In this document: piece after piece, positions 13,089 through 27,132 of the stretch
How the letters are laid out: each line of letters opens with the position of its first letter
Numbering within the stretch: position 1 is the first letter of the stretch
Source: Felis catus
Lineage: Eukaryota
Reading direction: 5' to 3'
Length of the DNA stretch: 64,000 nt
Assembly: GCF_018350175.1 (NCBI RefSeq)
Contig: NC_058368.1
Location: 148,182,001 to 148,246,000, forward strand
Notes under the pieces: generated by a model
The model's input: only the letters and a program-made list of their open reading frames with translations
The model's database searches: none
Told to the model about the DNA's origin: nothing
Program-made: the position numbers and the translations under genes

Positions 13089-15276
13089 TAGATCCAGCTT
13101 TTAAAAAGGAGGGAATCTAAGTTGCGTTGGAAATAATTCAAATCACCAGATTCAGAGATTATTGTTTCTACTCAAGCCTTTGCTTAAACATTCTCATGAG
13201 ACTTCAACTACTTTCTTAGATGGGCTGTTTCAGTTTCAAAAAATTCTATTGGTTTGAAATACTTTTTCTTATTTTAAACAAACCTACTTTTCTGCAATAT
13301 TTTTTTCACTGGTCCACCTGCTGCTTATGGGATTATAAGAGAAAAGAAACAATAAAAGACTATTTGTAGGTCCTTTTTGCATTTTTATATTATCTGAGAT
13401 AAAAATCCCAGGTTATAGGAAATATTGTTAAATTTTCTACAAATGTTAATGAATAGTCTTTCCAATCTTATCTTCATAGAAATCATGGAAAGCTAAACCT
13501 ACATCATGGTTTAAGTAACTATCTATAGACAAATCCCTTTACATCTTGCCAGAAAACATTTCCTAGGCCTCTTACTTCCAATGGGACTCTGTGACTAGTT
13601 AGTGCTCTTGGCACACAGCCTAGGTGATTGAGAATATGTGTATTTCCGATGCACTCTTTTCTGTTGTCCACCATTATGTGCAGCAGGCCAATTAGAGCGG
13701 CAGTTTCTAAAGTGCTTGAGGCACCACAATGAACTCACAGTCACCCTGAGATATTTTAAACATTTGAGATAAATATAATGAGAATGAACACTTATCAGAC
13801 ATAGCACAAACTACTAGCTCCAGATATATTACAGTTTCAATATAAGATAATACTATAATTTTTATGAGGTAATATCTTTGAGAAGTTTGTCTAGTTGCTG
13901 TAATAAAAAAAATATAAGTACCAGTATCAGGTTTCAACTACAACATGTAAGGAAATTGAAAGCATTTATTCTCATCCTTACAAAAAGAAAAAATGCTGAA
14001 CAGACTGAAAGTTAAGGCCTTAGTTTTGTTGGATGCATTAGGAAACTTGGGTTGAAGACAAATAACCAGACAGGTGAATCCAGAGAATAAAACATGATAT
14101 GTCCTTACCTAGAGCAGAAGTTGCTATAGCCATAACTTTATAGGACCACTTAAAGATAATTTTGACTTTGATGAACTGAAGGAGACTGAGTGTGGACTAG
14201 CCTGTGTGAGAAACTGCTGGAGGTTGAGTCTTTGGGAGGCTGCCACACTTTGATCAGTTTATATGCAGAAACCCCACCAAATCCTACCAAGTTCTTACAA
14301 TGAAGATGTAGGGAATAGCCTCTCATGGCTTTAGCTGGGTAATAGGAAGAGTAGTTATTGTTACTGTGCCCATAGTGTGCTCCATAACAAAAGCCTACTC
14401 ACCAGCGAAAAATATTTTCCACAGCTTTATTCCAGATGGGGGAGGAAAAGACATTCCTCTCACTCTATCCCTGTGTATACTTCCTGTCTGAACCAAGGGG
14501 GCAGAGAGGTGAGAGCTACACCAAGAGAGAAACACTAGTGAACATCCCAGTCCAGAGACACAGGCCAACTTAAAGAGTGAAATTAGTCATAAAATTATGG
14601 AAATGTTCACCTCCCTTGCACTTTACTACCACATCAATAGGGCTCCAGTATAGTGACGTCAAATTACTGCTGAAAAGGTTGCAAGACACAGGTTCTCTCA
14701 GAGAAGCATTAATGTAGTCCAGAATTAAGAAGAGAGAGGGAGAAAAAAAAATACCAGAGTAATTTTAAGCCTATGGCAATTAAAGTATTAAAGCTTATGG
14801 CACATAAAATATCAAACACACTGCAAACTGCTAGCCAGATGAATATAGATCCACGTACTGAAGGCTACTCAGCATATTTCCCACTACCTGATACAAATAT
14901 CTGTCATACAACCAAAATTACAAGGCATGACAAGTGGGAAAATAAAACACAGTGTGAAGAGACAAAGCAAGCATTACAATCAGATCCTGCTATGATATAT
15001 ATATTGGGATTACCAGAAAAAGTAATCTATAAAATAACTATGATGAATATATTTGAAGCTGTATTCAACATGTAAGAACAGATGGCCAATGGAAGCAGAG
15101 AAATGGAAACTTTAACAAAGTAACAAGATCCTGGGTGGAGAGGGAGAGTCTTGAAACAGAAATGAAGAAAGGCTTTCATTTCATAGATTCATCCAGTAGA
15201 CTGGATATGACCAAGAAAAGATGTTATGAGCTGGTTTACAGGCCAATAGAAACTTCCACAATTGAAATACAAGATG

Positions 15277-15278
15277 GA

Positions 15279-15342
<64 letters not shown>

Positions 15343-15395
15343 GAAAGAAAGAACAGAAGGAAGGAAGGAAGGAGAAAAGAGGAAGGAAGAAAATA
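15277..15395 (+). repeat. (GAAA)n/(GGAA)n microsatellite
   Basis: direct reading. Confidence 0.97.
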
Positions 15396-15477
15396 ATAAA
15401 AAAACAGAAAATCCAAAAATTGTGGGGAAATACCACATTTAAAACATGCCTGTAATTGGAATACTAGATGGAAAATA

Positions 15478-15690
15478 GGGGTGCCTGGGTGGCTCAGTTG
15501 GTTAAGTGTCTGACTTTTGATTTTGGCTCAAGTCATGATCTCATAGTTTGTCGGATTGAGCCCCACCTCTGACTCTGTGCTGCTAGTGCAGAGCCTGCTT
15601 GGGTTTCTCTCTCTCTCTTTCTCTGCCTGTCCTGCCTTGTGCACACATGCTCTCTCAAAATAAATAAGCATGTTTTTTAAAAAAAGAAGA
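15478..15690 (+). mobile_element. Can-SINE nested in L1
   Basis: ggggtgcctgggtggctcagttggttaag head, CT tract, caaaataaataa. Confidence 0.93.
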
Positions 15691-15956
15691 GAGAGAGAAT
15701 GAAGAATTATGTAAACTACTAACGGTTCAGAACCTTCCAAACTAATTAAAGATACCAAATCCCAGTTCCTGGAAGCTCAGAGAACAGTAACAGAAGAAAT
15801 ACAGAGACAAACAAAGAAAAAACAAACCAAAAAATTATTCTGCTAAGCATATTATAATCAAATCACAGAAAACTAGTGACAAGGAGAAAATCGTGAAAGA
15901 TGGCAGGGATAATTATCACAGCAGCCTTATCATCAGAAACTATGAAAAAAAGAAGA

Positions 15957-16175
15957 GGGGTGCCTGGGTGGCTCAGTCGGTTAAGCATCAGACTTCAGTT
16001 CAGGTCATGATCTCACCGCATAAGTGAGTTTTTGCCCCGCAAAGAGCTGACAGCTTGGAGCGTGGAGCCTGCTTTGGATTTTGTGTCTCTTTCTCTCTCT
16101 GCCCCTTCCCTGCCCTGCTCTGTCTCTCTCTCTCTCTTGTTTTCTCAAAAATAAATAAACATTAAAAAAAAAAGA
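15957..16175 (+). mobile_element. Can-SINE nested in L1
   Basis: standard head and tail; TSD-like aaagaagag on both sides. Confidence 0.93.
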
Positions 16176-17949
16176 AAGAAGAGAGTGGAGTAAAATAGCT
16201 AAAGTCATAAAATAAATTTTAAAATCCACCAAGCGAGACTTCTATATCCATCAAAACTATCCTCTTAAAGTGTAGGAGAAATAAAGTTTCTCAGACCAGA
16301 AAAAAAAGTCTCAAAAAAATAATTTTCAGAACTTCCATGCAAGAAATGTTAAAATAAATTTTCCAAGGCAAAGGAAAATGATGTATGTCAGAGACAAGGA
16401 TACATTTAAAGAAAGGAAAACCATTAAATAAAGAATGAAGGTAAAATATTTTATTTTTCTTATTCTTAATTCATCTTATAGGCAACTTTATTTGAAGTAA
16501 TAATGGTAACAATTACTGGGCACTATGGGTAAGTAACATGAATGACAATGGTGTCATAAGGGACAGATGTGGTGAGGAGGAGCTGTGAACACTCTCATGA
16601 GTGCTTGGACTATGCATGAAGCAGTAGAGTGTTACTTGAAGGTAGACTTAAATTAATTAAAAATGCATATTATAAACTCTAGGGCAACCCTAATAAAAAT
16701 AAAATTGAACAGGAGGATATGGAGATGCAAAGAGAGGAGATAAAGTGAAAGTATATAAAATGCTAAATTAAAGCAGAGACGGCATAAAAATAAGAGTTAA
16801 GACACAAAGAACAAATGCACCACATAGAAAACAATTACAAACATCACGATATTCATTCAAACTTTTGAATAATAATTTTAAACATGAATAATCTAAAAAT
16901 ACCAATTAAAAACCAAGACTATCAGGTTACATTAAAAATCAAGATCCAACTATGCATTGTTTTAGGAAATCCACATACAATATGAAATCTCAGGTTAAAA
17001 GTGAAAATGTTCAAGGTCTACCATGTTAACAGTAATCAATATAAAGCCAGAGTAACTGTGTTAATTTCAGACAAAGCAGGTTTAAGAGCAAGAAAAATTA
17101 ACAAGGATAAGAAGTATTACATAATAATAAAAGGGCTCAATGTTACAAAAAGACATAAAAACCTTTTATGTGTATGTACCTGACAATGAAACATCAAGTT
17201 GTCTGAGGCAGTAACTGATAGAATGAAAGTAGAAATCGACAAATACATTATTACAGTTGGGGACATCAACACCTCTCTTACAGTAATTGCTAGGTCAAGC
17301 AGGCAGAAAATAAGTAAGCATATAAATGACCTGAAAAGCATAATCAAAATGATTTAATTGAAATTTATACACTGCTGCATTCAATAACAACAGAATGGAT
17401 TCTTCTCAGACTTACAGAGGAGATTCCCAAAGACTACATTTGGGGGCATTAAACACATTTTAACAAGTTAAAAAATAGAAATCATATAAATTATTCTCAT
17501 ACCACTATGTATTTAAATAAAACTCAATTATAGAAAAGTAGCTGGAAATTCACCAAAGAGTTGGAAATTTAAAAAAAATATATACAATCTTAAATAAAAA
17601 ATGAGTTTTAAAAAATTTAAGAGATATTTAAAAATATTTGAACTAAATGAAAATGGGAAACAATTTCTTATTATAATTTATGTAGTGCAATGAAAATTGT
17701 ATGTAGGGGAAAATTTATCGGATTAATTGAACATATTAGGGAAAGATAAACAAACTTGAAATTAACACTCTACACATCCACCTTAAGAAACGAAAAGAAG
17801 AGCAACTTAAAACTAAAAGCAAGCAGTAGAAAATAAATAATAAAAATTGGAGTAAAAATCAATAAAATTCAAAACAGGAAAATAATTGATAAAATCAACA
17901 AAACCAAGTGTTATTTCTTTGAAAAGATCAATAATGTTAAAACTTGCTC

Positions 17950-18137
17950 CAATGCTTTTAATGTTTATTTATTTTGAGAGAGAGCAAGAGTGAGGCTGAG
18001 TAGGTGAGGGGCAGAGAAAGAGAAAGAAAGAATCCGAAGAAGGCTCTGTGCAGTCAGTGTGTGAGATTATGTGAGATCATGACCTGAGCCGAGATCAAAA
18101 GTAGAATGCTTAATTGACTGAGCCACTCAGAAACCCT
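17950..18137 (-). mobile_element. Can-SINE (diverged) nested in L1
   Basis: tgtttttattattttgagagag...gagatcatgacctgagccgagatcaa...gactgagccactcag. Confidence 0.9.
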
Positions 18138-18917
18138 TAAACAACACACTTCTAAATAATACATGCATGCATGAAAGAAGAATTCTCAAGTAAAATAAAA
18201 AAAATAAACTAAATGAAAATGAAAACACAAAATTTGAGAGTTGCAGAGAAAGCAGTTTTTGGAGGACATTTATAGCATTGAATGCATGATGGAAAATAAA
18301 AAGTATCTGAAATCAATAATCTAAGCTTCTACCTTGGCAAACTAGAAAAAGAAGAGCAAATTAAATCCAAAATAAGCAGAAGAAAAGAAACAAGAAGAGT
18401 TAGAATGAAGGAGTGAAATAGAAAATAGGAAATAAATAGAAAACAAAATCAATGAAACCGAAAGCTGATTATTCGAAAAGATCAGTAAAATCAATAAGCT
18501 TTCAGCAAGACTAAGAAAGAAAGAGGATACAAATTACTGGTAATAGAAATTAAAGGGGCAGTGTTGCTACATATCTCATAAACATTAAAAGAAATATTAT
18601 GAATAATCCACTGCCCACAAATTTGATACCCTAAATGAATGCCCACAAATGTGATACCCTAAATGAAATGGACCAATCCTTGACAGACACAATCTGCTAA
18701 AATTCACACAAGAAGTAGAAAATCTGATTAAGCCTCTAACTATTAAAAAAAATAATCAATAATTAACAGCCTTCCAAAACAGAAAGCACTAGGCCTAGAT
18801 GGGTTCACTCATGAATTCTATCCAAGCATTTAAGGAAGAAATTATACCAATTCTCTACAAAATGGCACAGCCACTCTAGAAGACATTTTGCCAGTTTGTT
18901 ACAAAACTAAAAATATT

Positions 18918-19128
18918 CTTTTTTTTAAAGTTTATTTATTTATTTTGTGAAAGAGAAAGAAAAAGAGTGGGAGAGGGATAGAGAGAGAGGTAGAGAGACA
19001 ATCCCAAGCAGGCTCTGGGCTATCATTGCAGAGTGCAATGTGGGCTCGAAACCACAAACCATGAGATCATGACCTGAGCCAAAATCAAGAGTCAGATGCT
19101 TAACCAAATGAGCCACCCAGTTGTCCCC
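18918..19128 (-). mobile_element. Can-SINE nested in L1
   Basis: full body; degenerate TSD aaaactaaaaatattctt / aaaaccaaacatttctt. Confidence 0.92.
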
Positions 19129-19289
19129 AAAACCAAACATTTCTTCCCATAAGATCCAGTAATTGGTCTTCTTGGTATTTACCCAAAGGAATTAAAAACA
19201 TAAGGCAACACAAAAATTTGCATAAGGATGTTCATATAACAAATAATGTGTCCTTTGATAGATGAAAAGATAAATACACTATTTTCTTT

Positions 19290-19508
19290 GTTAGGAAAAT
19301 ATATTTTCATACAATTATTTATGTCATATAATGGGTTTTATTACTATTTTTAAATGAATTAAATTAATATCTGTAAAATTTTGTGTTTTGGTTTCTAATA
19401 TGATAAGTAACAATAGATATAACTCACGTAAATAAATATCTTTGTGAATCTCATTAATTTTTATATGTAAAGAGCTCCTGAGACTAAACAGATTGAAGAC
19501 CCAGCTCT
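19290..19508 (+). mobile_element. hAT-Charlie (Charlie1-like) DNA transposon terminal fragment
   Basis: atagatataactcacgtaaataaa...ctcctgagactaaacagattgaagacccagct resembles the Charlie1 end. Confidence 0.6.
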
Positions 19509-19595
19509 AGGCAACAGCAGGGCCAGTAGATAAAAGGTGCTGCCCTCCCAGGATAATAGCATGCAGCAGAGAGGCACTTACCACTTGGGCAAGTT

Positions 19596-20219
19596 TTCTT
19601 TTTTTTTTTTTTAATGTTAATTCTAGCATAGTTAACAAACAGTGTTATGTTAGTTTCAAGTGTACAATAGAGTGACTTAACAATTCTTTTTTTAAATTTT
19701 TTTAATGTTTATTTTTGAGAGAGAGACTGAGAGTGAGTAGGGGATAGGCAGAGAGAGAGGGAGACACAGAATCCGAAGCAGGCTCCAAGCTCTGAACCAT
19801 CAGCACAGAGCCTGTTATGGGGCTTGAACTCATGAACTGTGAGATCACTACCAAAGCCAAAGTCAGACACTTAACCAACTGAGCCACCCAGGTGCCCTGG
19901 TGTCTCAACAATTCTATGCATTACCCAGTGTTCATCAAGATAAGTGTACTCTTAACCCCTTTCACCTATTTCACCCATCCCCCTACCAACTTCTCCTCTG
20001 GTAACCATCAGTTTTCTCTATAGTTATGAGTCTGTTTTTCTTTTTTTCTCCTTTTTCCTTTGTTTTGTTTCTTAAATTCCACATGTGAGTGAAGTCATAT
20101 GGTATTTATCTTTCTCTGGCTGACTTATTTCAGTCAGCATTATGCTCTCTAGATCCAGCTATGTTGTTGCAAAGGAGAAAGCATCATTCTTTTTTTATGA
20201 CTGAGTTACATTCCATTCC

Positions 20220-20263
<44 letters not shown>

Positions 20264-20398
20264 ACATCTTTATCCATTCATCAGTTGATGGACACTTGGT
20301 CTGCTTCCATAATTAGGCTATTTTAAATAATGCTGCAATAAACAGAGGGGTACATATTTCTTTTTGAATTAATGTTTTCATATTCTTTGGATAAATGT
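19596..20398 (-). mobile_element. carnivore LINE-1 3' end
   Basis: poly(T) at about 19600, 3'UTR (tcttaaattccacatgtgagtgaagtcatatggtatt), (TG)n at 20222-20260. Confidence 0.92.
19686..19898 (-). mobile_element. Can-SINE nested in L1 3'UTR
   Basis: full body; TSD-like aacaattct on both sides. Confidence 0.95.
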
Positions 20399-21455
20399 TA
20401 CCTTTAAATGGCTCTACAAGTATAGCAGAAACTTGGAACTGATAATAAGTACAGAAAAAAATAAACATCTAAAAATCTCCCTCCCTATATTTAACCAAGT
20501 TAAGCATCTATCCTAGAGTTGAGTCTGGAAGATCTTTACACTAAGTTTCACATAAAAAATACTTGAGTTAGAAAAGGCATTATCAAGTCAATTACTTTTT
20601 CATCAGCTTGTAATAAATGAATCATTATCTCTGAAAACAGTCATTAGTTTTATACTTAAGTCCTACAATTTTGAGAAATATCCAAAAGTTCAATGTTCAG
20701 GAGATACTTTGTTGATACACATCTTTAAAAATTTAATGTGAGAGCTGCTATTTTGTATGGGCCTCATGTGTAGATAGAGCATAACAAAGTGGTTCTAAAA
20801 TAACTTGTAAGTCATGAATTTTGTCTGTGATTGAAGAATAAGAAGAAAAAGATTCCCCTGTTTTTCCAACTTAGAGACAAACTTTGCTTTATAAAAAAGT
20901 AAATTAATGTTATTGCAGAACATCCTGATATCTTAAACCATGCAGTTATAATTTTAATTTTACATGTTTGAATATGCAACTTTCAGATAATATCTTATTT
21001 TGAAATTTCCCTAGAGTACTTACAAAATAAAATTGATCTCACACTACATGTAAACTTGAATGACTTCCAAAAATAAATCAGTCATTATGCAGTCATATTC
21101 TATGAAATCCCACTCCACAAACAAAAGCTTTATAAGCATCTTTTTCTGAGCCTTTTACTATGCTAATCTATAGCAGCAGGAAGGTAATTAACAGATTTAC
21201 TCTTAAGGTACTTATAGACTAATGGGTCTAATAGAAGCTATACAAAGAATTACATTCAAAATTAGTTGTTTCTTGATAAGGAATGCTTCCCCACTCCACC
21301 TCCCACCTTATCCCTCATTGGATTTTTGGAAATATGAACCAGTTTAAAAAACAAACAAAACAAACAAACAAAAATCATGCCTTGCTCAACATACTGGCAT
21401 TAAAGTGGGTCATAGCCTCTTAATTTGAACTTGTAAAAATGCCCGTTATTTACAG

Positions 21456-22068
21456 TGTTAGGGTAGAGACCTATAAAATTGCTCAAGTATATAGATAGAG
21501 AAACCTGCAAATGATGTTACCTGCAAACGAGAAATCGAGTTGTTGAGACATTTCTTGATATGTGGCTGCTCAGGAGCAGAACCACATCTATGATAGGGAA
21601 ATTCCAATCCTACCACTGTGAAAGTCAAACATTCAAATGCTATAGTCATTTTGACCCCTGTCTTCAGCCAACTCAAGGATACCTGGACTTTGAGTTGGCC
21701 AATCAGTCATACATCTGTGGGGTTCTGATTCTGGGCTACTGATTCAGTGAAGCAGGAAGAGGGGAATCACGAGGTCAAGTGAATTGCCAGCAATCTCTGA
21801 TCTTCAGGGACCAGAGTAGCTATCAATGTCCCTGCTCAATGTCCAGTTTAGTGGTAGTGCTGATGCTGATATCCAGTGTGCACAAACTATGGCACTAGGG
21901 CTGTCGTGCTGTGTTCATGGCTTTAATCCATCTGTCTTGATTCCTTATCTTTTGTTTCATTTTCTGACTTTGACTACCTTCTTACCGATTCCGTAAGGTA
22001 GAAAATATGTATTTATTAATTTCTCTCTGTATAAAATCAGTCCAAATAGTTTCTGTATTTGAAACTGG
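21456..22068 (+). mobile_element. possible old LTR (ERVL/MaLR-like)
   Basis: GC-richer block of about 600 bp starting tgtta and ending ttctctctgtataaaatcagtccaaatagtttctgt, like old LTR 3' ends; family not recognised. Confidence 0.3.
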
Positions 22069-23057
22069 GGAGCTTGCTTTCTGTAAATAAATGGATTACA
22101 TCAGGATTTTGAAATTGCTTTCTTAGATGTCTGTTTCTTTCATTAATCTAGAGTAGAAACTAGAAACTTGTATTTATAGTGTATTACAGGGGGGGTCATG
22201 TTTTCTTATGCTGTAATTGAAATATATATTATATGTATATAATATATATACATGCACATATATACACATGCATATACATAATCTCTACAATATAAGTTCT
22301 GTGAACAAGGACATCTTTCCTCACTCCTGTTTTTATATCTCATGGTGCTAAATTAAAAACAAATCATATGACAACTACTGAGCATCTGCTATGAGTAAGG
22401 TATTAACTGTTAATTTCAGGTATATACAATTCTATAAGGTATGTGTCTGGATTTCACGGGGCCTTTATGCACTGGTGAGATAATTATACTGCAGGATAAT
22501 ACAACACTAGATCTGTCACAAGTCAGATTACTATTGCAAATACTTTGTCTACTTATTCTATGGAATAGGAATTTTATGGAATTCTATTCTTTGTCTACTT
22601 ATTCATTAGAATATTTTATGATCACAACCTCAATCTATAATCACCAAGGGTTATAGAAAACACAGTGTTAAAAATTACTGATTGGCATAATTATATGATG
22701 TATATACTGATATATACTGATTGGCAACTGAGAGAATTACTGATTGGCATAATTATAAATTCCTTGTGCTTTCTCTCTTTTCTTGGAATGGAATGTAAAA
22801 CTTCAACATTTGTTTGATAAAATTGCATGGAATAAGATGTTTTCTGCATGCCTCCATACTTGCATGAAATTCTTACCTAACTACAGTTTTGTCTTGGGCA
22901 GCTACACTAGTATAAACAAATCTGCCAGGGAAAATGTCAAGGCTGAAAATCAGTGAGATCTTCTATCAAATGACAATGGATAGATATATCTGTACCTTTA
23001 ACCTGTTCTCTTATCTGGGGTAAATACACACAAAGTAACATTAAAATTAAAAAAATA

Positions 23058-23108
23058 AATAATAAAATAAAATAAAATAAAATAAAATAAAATAAAATAA
23101 AATAAAAT
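23058..23108 (+). repeat. (TAAAA)n
   Basis: direct reading. Confidence 0.95.
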
Positions 23109-24624
23109 CATACATTATACATGGATTATTAGGAATCATACTTAGAATTTTTAATGTCATATTAAATAATAAAGCAAATATAATCATTTTACAGTTCTAC
23201 ATTGATATACATACCTTTTTATGTATAATCTTAATACTGTATGAGTTATAAATAGGGTCTTGAACTCTTAGAGAGGTATAGGTTGTCACTAATATTTTAT
23301 CTGAATAGATAATAGATACTATAAATAATAGATTACTGTAATAATAGATTACTATAATGACGAAGCTTACATGTTTACCTAAAAACACTGTATTCTTTGA
23401 TCTGGAGAGAAAGAAAAAACTGTAATTTACATATTAAAGCAACATTTTGGATTTTCTTAAGTTTTTATTAACTTTTTTGGTAAAAATAAATATCCATCTT
23501 ATATTTTATTAGACTCTTTATGTACATTTATTTCAAGGGAACATGATCATGTACTGCTATAAAATGTACTTTTCTCTTTTATAGTCAGAATATTGCAAAT
23601 TATTTGGCCATTGTTTAAACAATAAATTATAACAATAAAATTTTTATAATTATTCAAATAAAGAATAGGCCTAAAACACTGAAAGTAGCTAAATAAATAT
23701 CTTGCAGATCTGAAAATATAAGCTGTACACATTAATGGAATTTTTTAGTTAAAGAAAATATTTTGCTTTTTTCTATCTCACACATATTTCTTTTTACTAG
23801 TTATGTTAATTTTATACATAATGTACTTTAGAAAGTAAATGTAATAAAAATGTATCACTTTTTAGAAGTCAGGTATACTGAATTAATATAGTTAAAATAC
23901 ATTGTCAAGCATATAAAATACAAAACTCAGTTAATGGGCAATGATCAAAAATAAAAGTTCAATCCATATGATTAAAATAACATTTCTTTGTAACTAACTA
24001 GTAGAAAGACACCAGAGGGTATTTTAATAAAACTCCGATAGACTTAAAAATGAATCAACATTTTTGTTAACCCATCTATTATGGGCGAGTTGTCATATAG
24101 GACAGAATGTATAACACAGTGAAATATCCCATTGGATGGGTGATGAAAATTTAAATTTTGCCATTAACCTAATCTAGCACAAAGTTAACTATTCTGACAG
24201 GTTAAATCACTCAATTCTTACTCCAGGATATCAACAAAAATATTCTAACCTTCCAGGAGTTTGGCTAGGTGATCCCCCAAAATATCATGCTTGCATAAAA
24301 ATATATTAATTAATGATTTAGGCTTGAGCAGAGTGGATAAAAAACAAGGCTGATATCAGGTAGATTTACTAGTTTCTCTAAACTACCCACCCATTTTGCC
24401 TAATAGAGTGAACCAGATATGTCAACTAATTTCAATCTGCTATGAAGCCTGAATAAAAATGGCCATTAAAATTAAGAAGAGGATTATTTTATATCAAGCA
24501 GTTGAACTTGAAAATATCTTTGTAAAGAAGAGGAAAGATGGTCACTCACATTAAAGAAGTTATCATAAACTTCATATTCTGTGATTCCTTTGTATATTTT
24601 TATATATTTTATTATTAGTCATTA

Positions 24625-24845
24625 AAATTTTTGTTTTTAATGCTTATTATTTATTTTTGAGAGAGACAGAGACAGAATGTGAGTGGGTTAGAGGCAGAGA
24701 GAGAGGGAGACAAAGAATCTGAAGCAGGCTCCAGGCTCCAAGCTGTCAGCACAGAGCCCAAAGCCGGGCTCGAACTCACAAGCTGTGAGATCGTGACCCA
24801 AGCCGAAGTCAGAAGCTCAACCGACTGAGCCACCCAGGCGCACCT
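24625..24845 (-). mobile_element. Can-SINE with TSD
   Basis: full body; TSD ttattagtcatt on both sides. Confidence 0.96.
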
Positions 24846-25785
24846 TATTAGTCATTTTTTAGGTAACATGTTTTTTTTAATTACTTTGCTTTTATGTTTT
24901 ACCAGTTTTTATAACTATTCACTTTCAACCTTGGAAAATATTTGTCAGATTTTAAAAGCATTGACTTGAACTCTACAGGAGAAATATTTTTTCAGTATTT
25001 CTTGAACAAATTTTTTGAGCAGACATCAAAAACATCTACCAGACAATGTGTCTGCTCTATTCACAGTTGATTTCCAGATTATATAGGCAACTAAACAGTG
25101 AGGTACAACAACAACAAAAATTCATCTGGTGTGAGGGTTGGGGGATATTTTCATTGTATTTTTGACAATCCTGAGATTGTTTAGGCAAATTATCAGTGCC
25201 AATTACTCTTTGGCTTTGGCAAAACATCTTTTTTTTTTTTTCTGAAAAGTACCCCCCGCCCCCACCACCATGGAACCCACTTTATGTGTTACATTTTCAT
25301 GCACTGATGATTAGTAAAAAATTTAGTGAGTTTTTGTTTTCCTTAAAGTTAATAAGTGGATCTCACAAGACTGTGGTTGCATTGTCTTAGTACAGGGATT
25401 TCATTTATCCCTTTCTGTGGCTTTTCTAGCCAATCCATATATAGATAACGGTATGATGTATGTTATATTATGAACCATCTACTCTCTCATTGCAAGAAGA
25501 AACTGAGTCATGAAATGTGCATGGATAGAGGTGCATTGTTAAATACTTGACAGAAAAAGGCAAGAATCAAAATATAGTAGCTATTAGAGTGTTAAATGAA
25601 TAATTCAGAGAGCTTAATTCAGATGTTTAGTGTAGACCAAGTCAGTAGAACTCAGAGTGTTCCAGCCCTTGCTGATATCTCACATCCATATCTTTACTCA
25701 AGTTTGGGGCCTGGGAAAATATGTGACAAGGCTTAACTAGACATATATAATTCCTTTACAGATGAAGCATAACTTTTTTTCACAA

Positions 25786-25843
<58 letters not shown>

Positions 25844-25862
25844 ACTCTTTGTTATTAAATAA

Positions 25863-25916
<54 letters not shown>
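25786..25916. repeat. compound (TA)n(GA)n...(TA)n microsatellite
   Basis: direct reading. Confidence 0.95.
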
Positions 25917-25917
<1 letters not shown>

Positions 25918-26372
25918 ACTTTGTTATAGACCTTGATTTATTTCAGCTCCATCCATTTTAGTTCATGGAATCATATCATATAAACATTTAACATGACTGT
26001 TTGCAACAACATGGCTGAGAGAAAGAGATTAAGATAGAGGTAGAGGTGGAAGTAAACATTGAGATTGGAGGAGACAGAGAAGAAAGGCAGAGAGAGAAAG
26101 AGTGGGGGAGAGAGACAGAACAATTTTTGTTCCTAAAAAACCTTGGTTCTCATTTTTTTAGTGGGGGAAACCATAATAAAATGCATATTCTTTGCAGAAT
26201 CAGAGGTCTCAGGTTTTGGAAATTAAAGGAGTATTTGTGGGATTATCAAGAGTAGTTTTGACTATATTGTGGTTTTTCTCCTGGCAGTACAACTTTAGAA
26301 TCTAATCCATGAATAAGAGAAAAAGCCACTGTATACAAAGTATAAAAAGGAGACAGACAGTCAAAAGCAACC

Positions 26373-26429
<57 letters not shown>
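26373..26429. repeat. (TG)n
   Basis: direct reading. Confidence 0.97.
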
Positions 26430-26432
<3 letters not shown>

Positions 26433-27132
26433 AGAGCCAAGTGAGAAAATGCAATATGCCTACTCTCCTATCATATTGCTCATGATAGAGTCCATCTTAA
26501 CCAAAAAAATTCAAAAATCCAGTGCAGATTTTTCGTGCTTGTATTTGAATTTATGGTCCATTCCTTCATCAATGTGCATTTTTCTTAATTGACAAATGTT
26601 TTTCTCAAGGATCAGGATGTTCTTTCTTAAGTTCAAAGGCTCTAAGGTTCAGAAGGGCTTTATCAAAAGTAGCATGAGATTCAACTCTAAATGTGATAAG
26701 AAATGATCCTTAAATGTCGACTTGACTGAATATAATCAGCTTATAACACTGAAAAATGTGTGTTCTCTTCTGTCATCCTTCTCCTATTTGACAAGGTCAA
26801 TAATACCAAAGCTGCAGAGTCAAGATAGCTTTTTTTTTTCCCCCTGAAGTATGTACCAGACCACTAGGGGAAAAAAGGCAATATTAGATTGGTTTGAAAA
26901 AAAAAAAGTAAATAACTCCCATTTTAGAATTAAACTTAAGAACTCTTCAAAAACTTGAAACTTTAAGCAGAATATATGATAATAAAACAAAAATAACATC
27001 AAATAATGAATAATATTCATCTGCATAGGCATATATATTGAGGCATCTTATACAAGCACAAGCCATGATAGCTTTGTATTGCTTGTTATAATTTTATATT
27101 TTAAAAATTTTTAACTCTTTAGTTACAGGATT

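Larger units (their letters stand above)
13930..19275 (+). mobile_element. old eutherian LINE-1 (L1MC/L1MD-like): 5' region, ORF1, ORF2 endonuclease remnant, then a jump to the 3' end
   Basis: catgtaaggaaattgaaagc...gctgaacagactgaaa 5' motif; ORF1-like 15700-16400; endonuclease remnant in ORF 17001..17183 (VTVLISDKAG); ggcacagccactctagaagacattttg 3' part; four nested SINEs. Confidence 0.8.

Noticed and set aside
14773..15455. 100-aa and 106-aa ORFs
   Set aside because: Old L1 5'/ORF1 remnant plus a (GAAA)n repeat.
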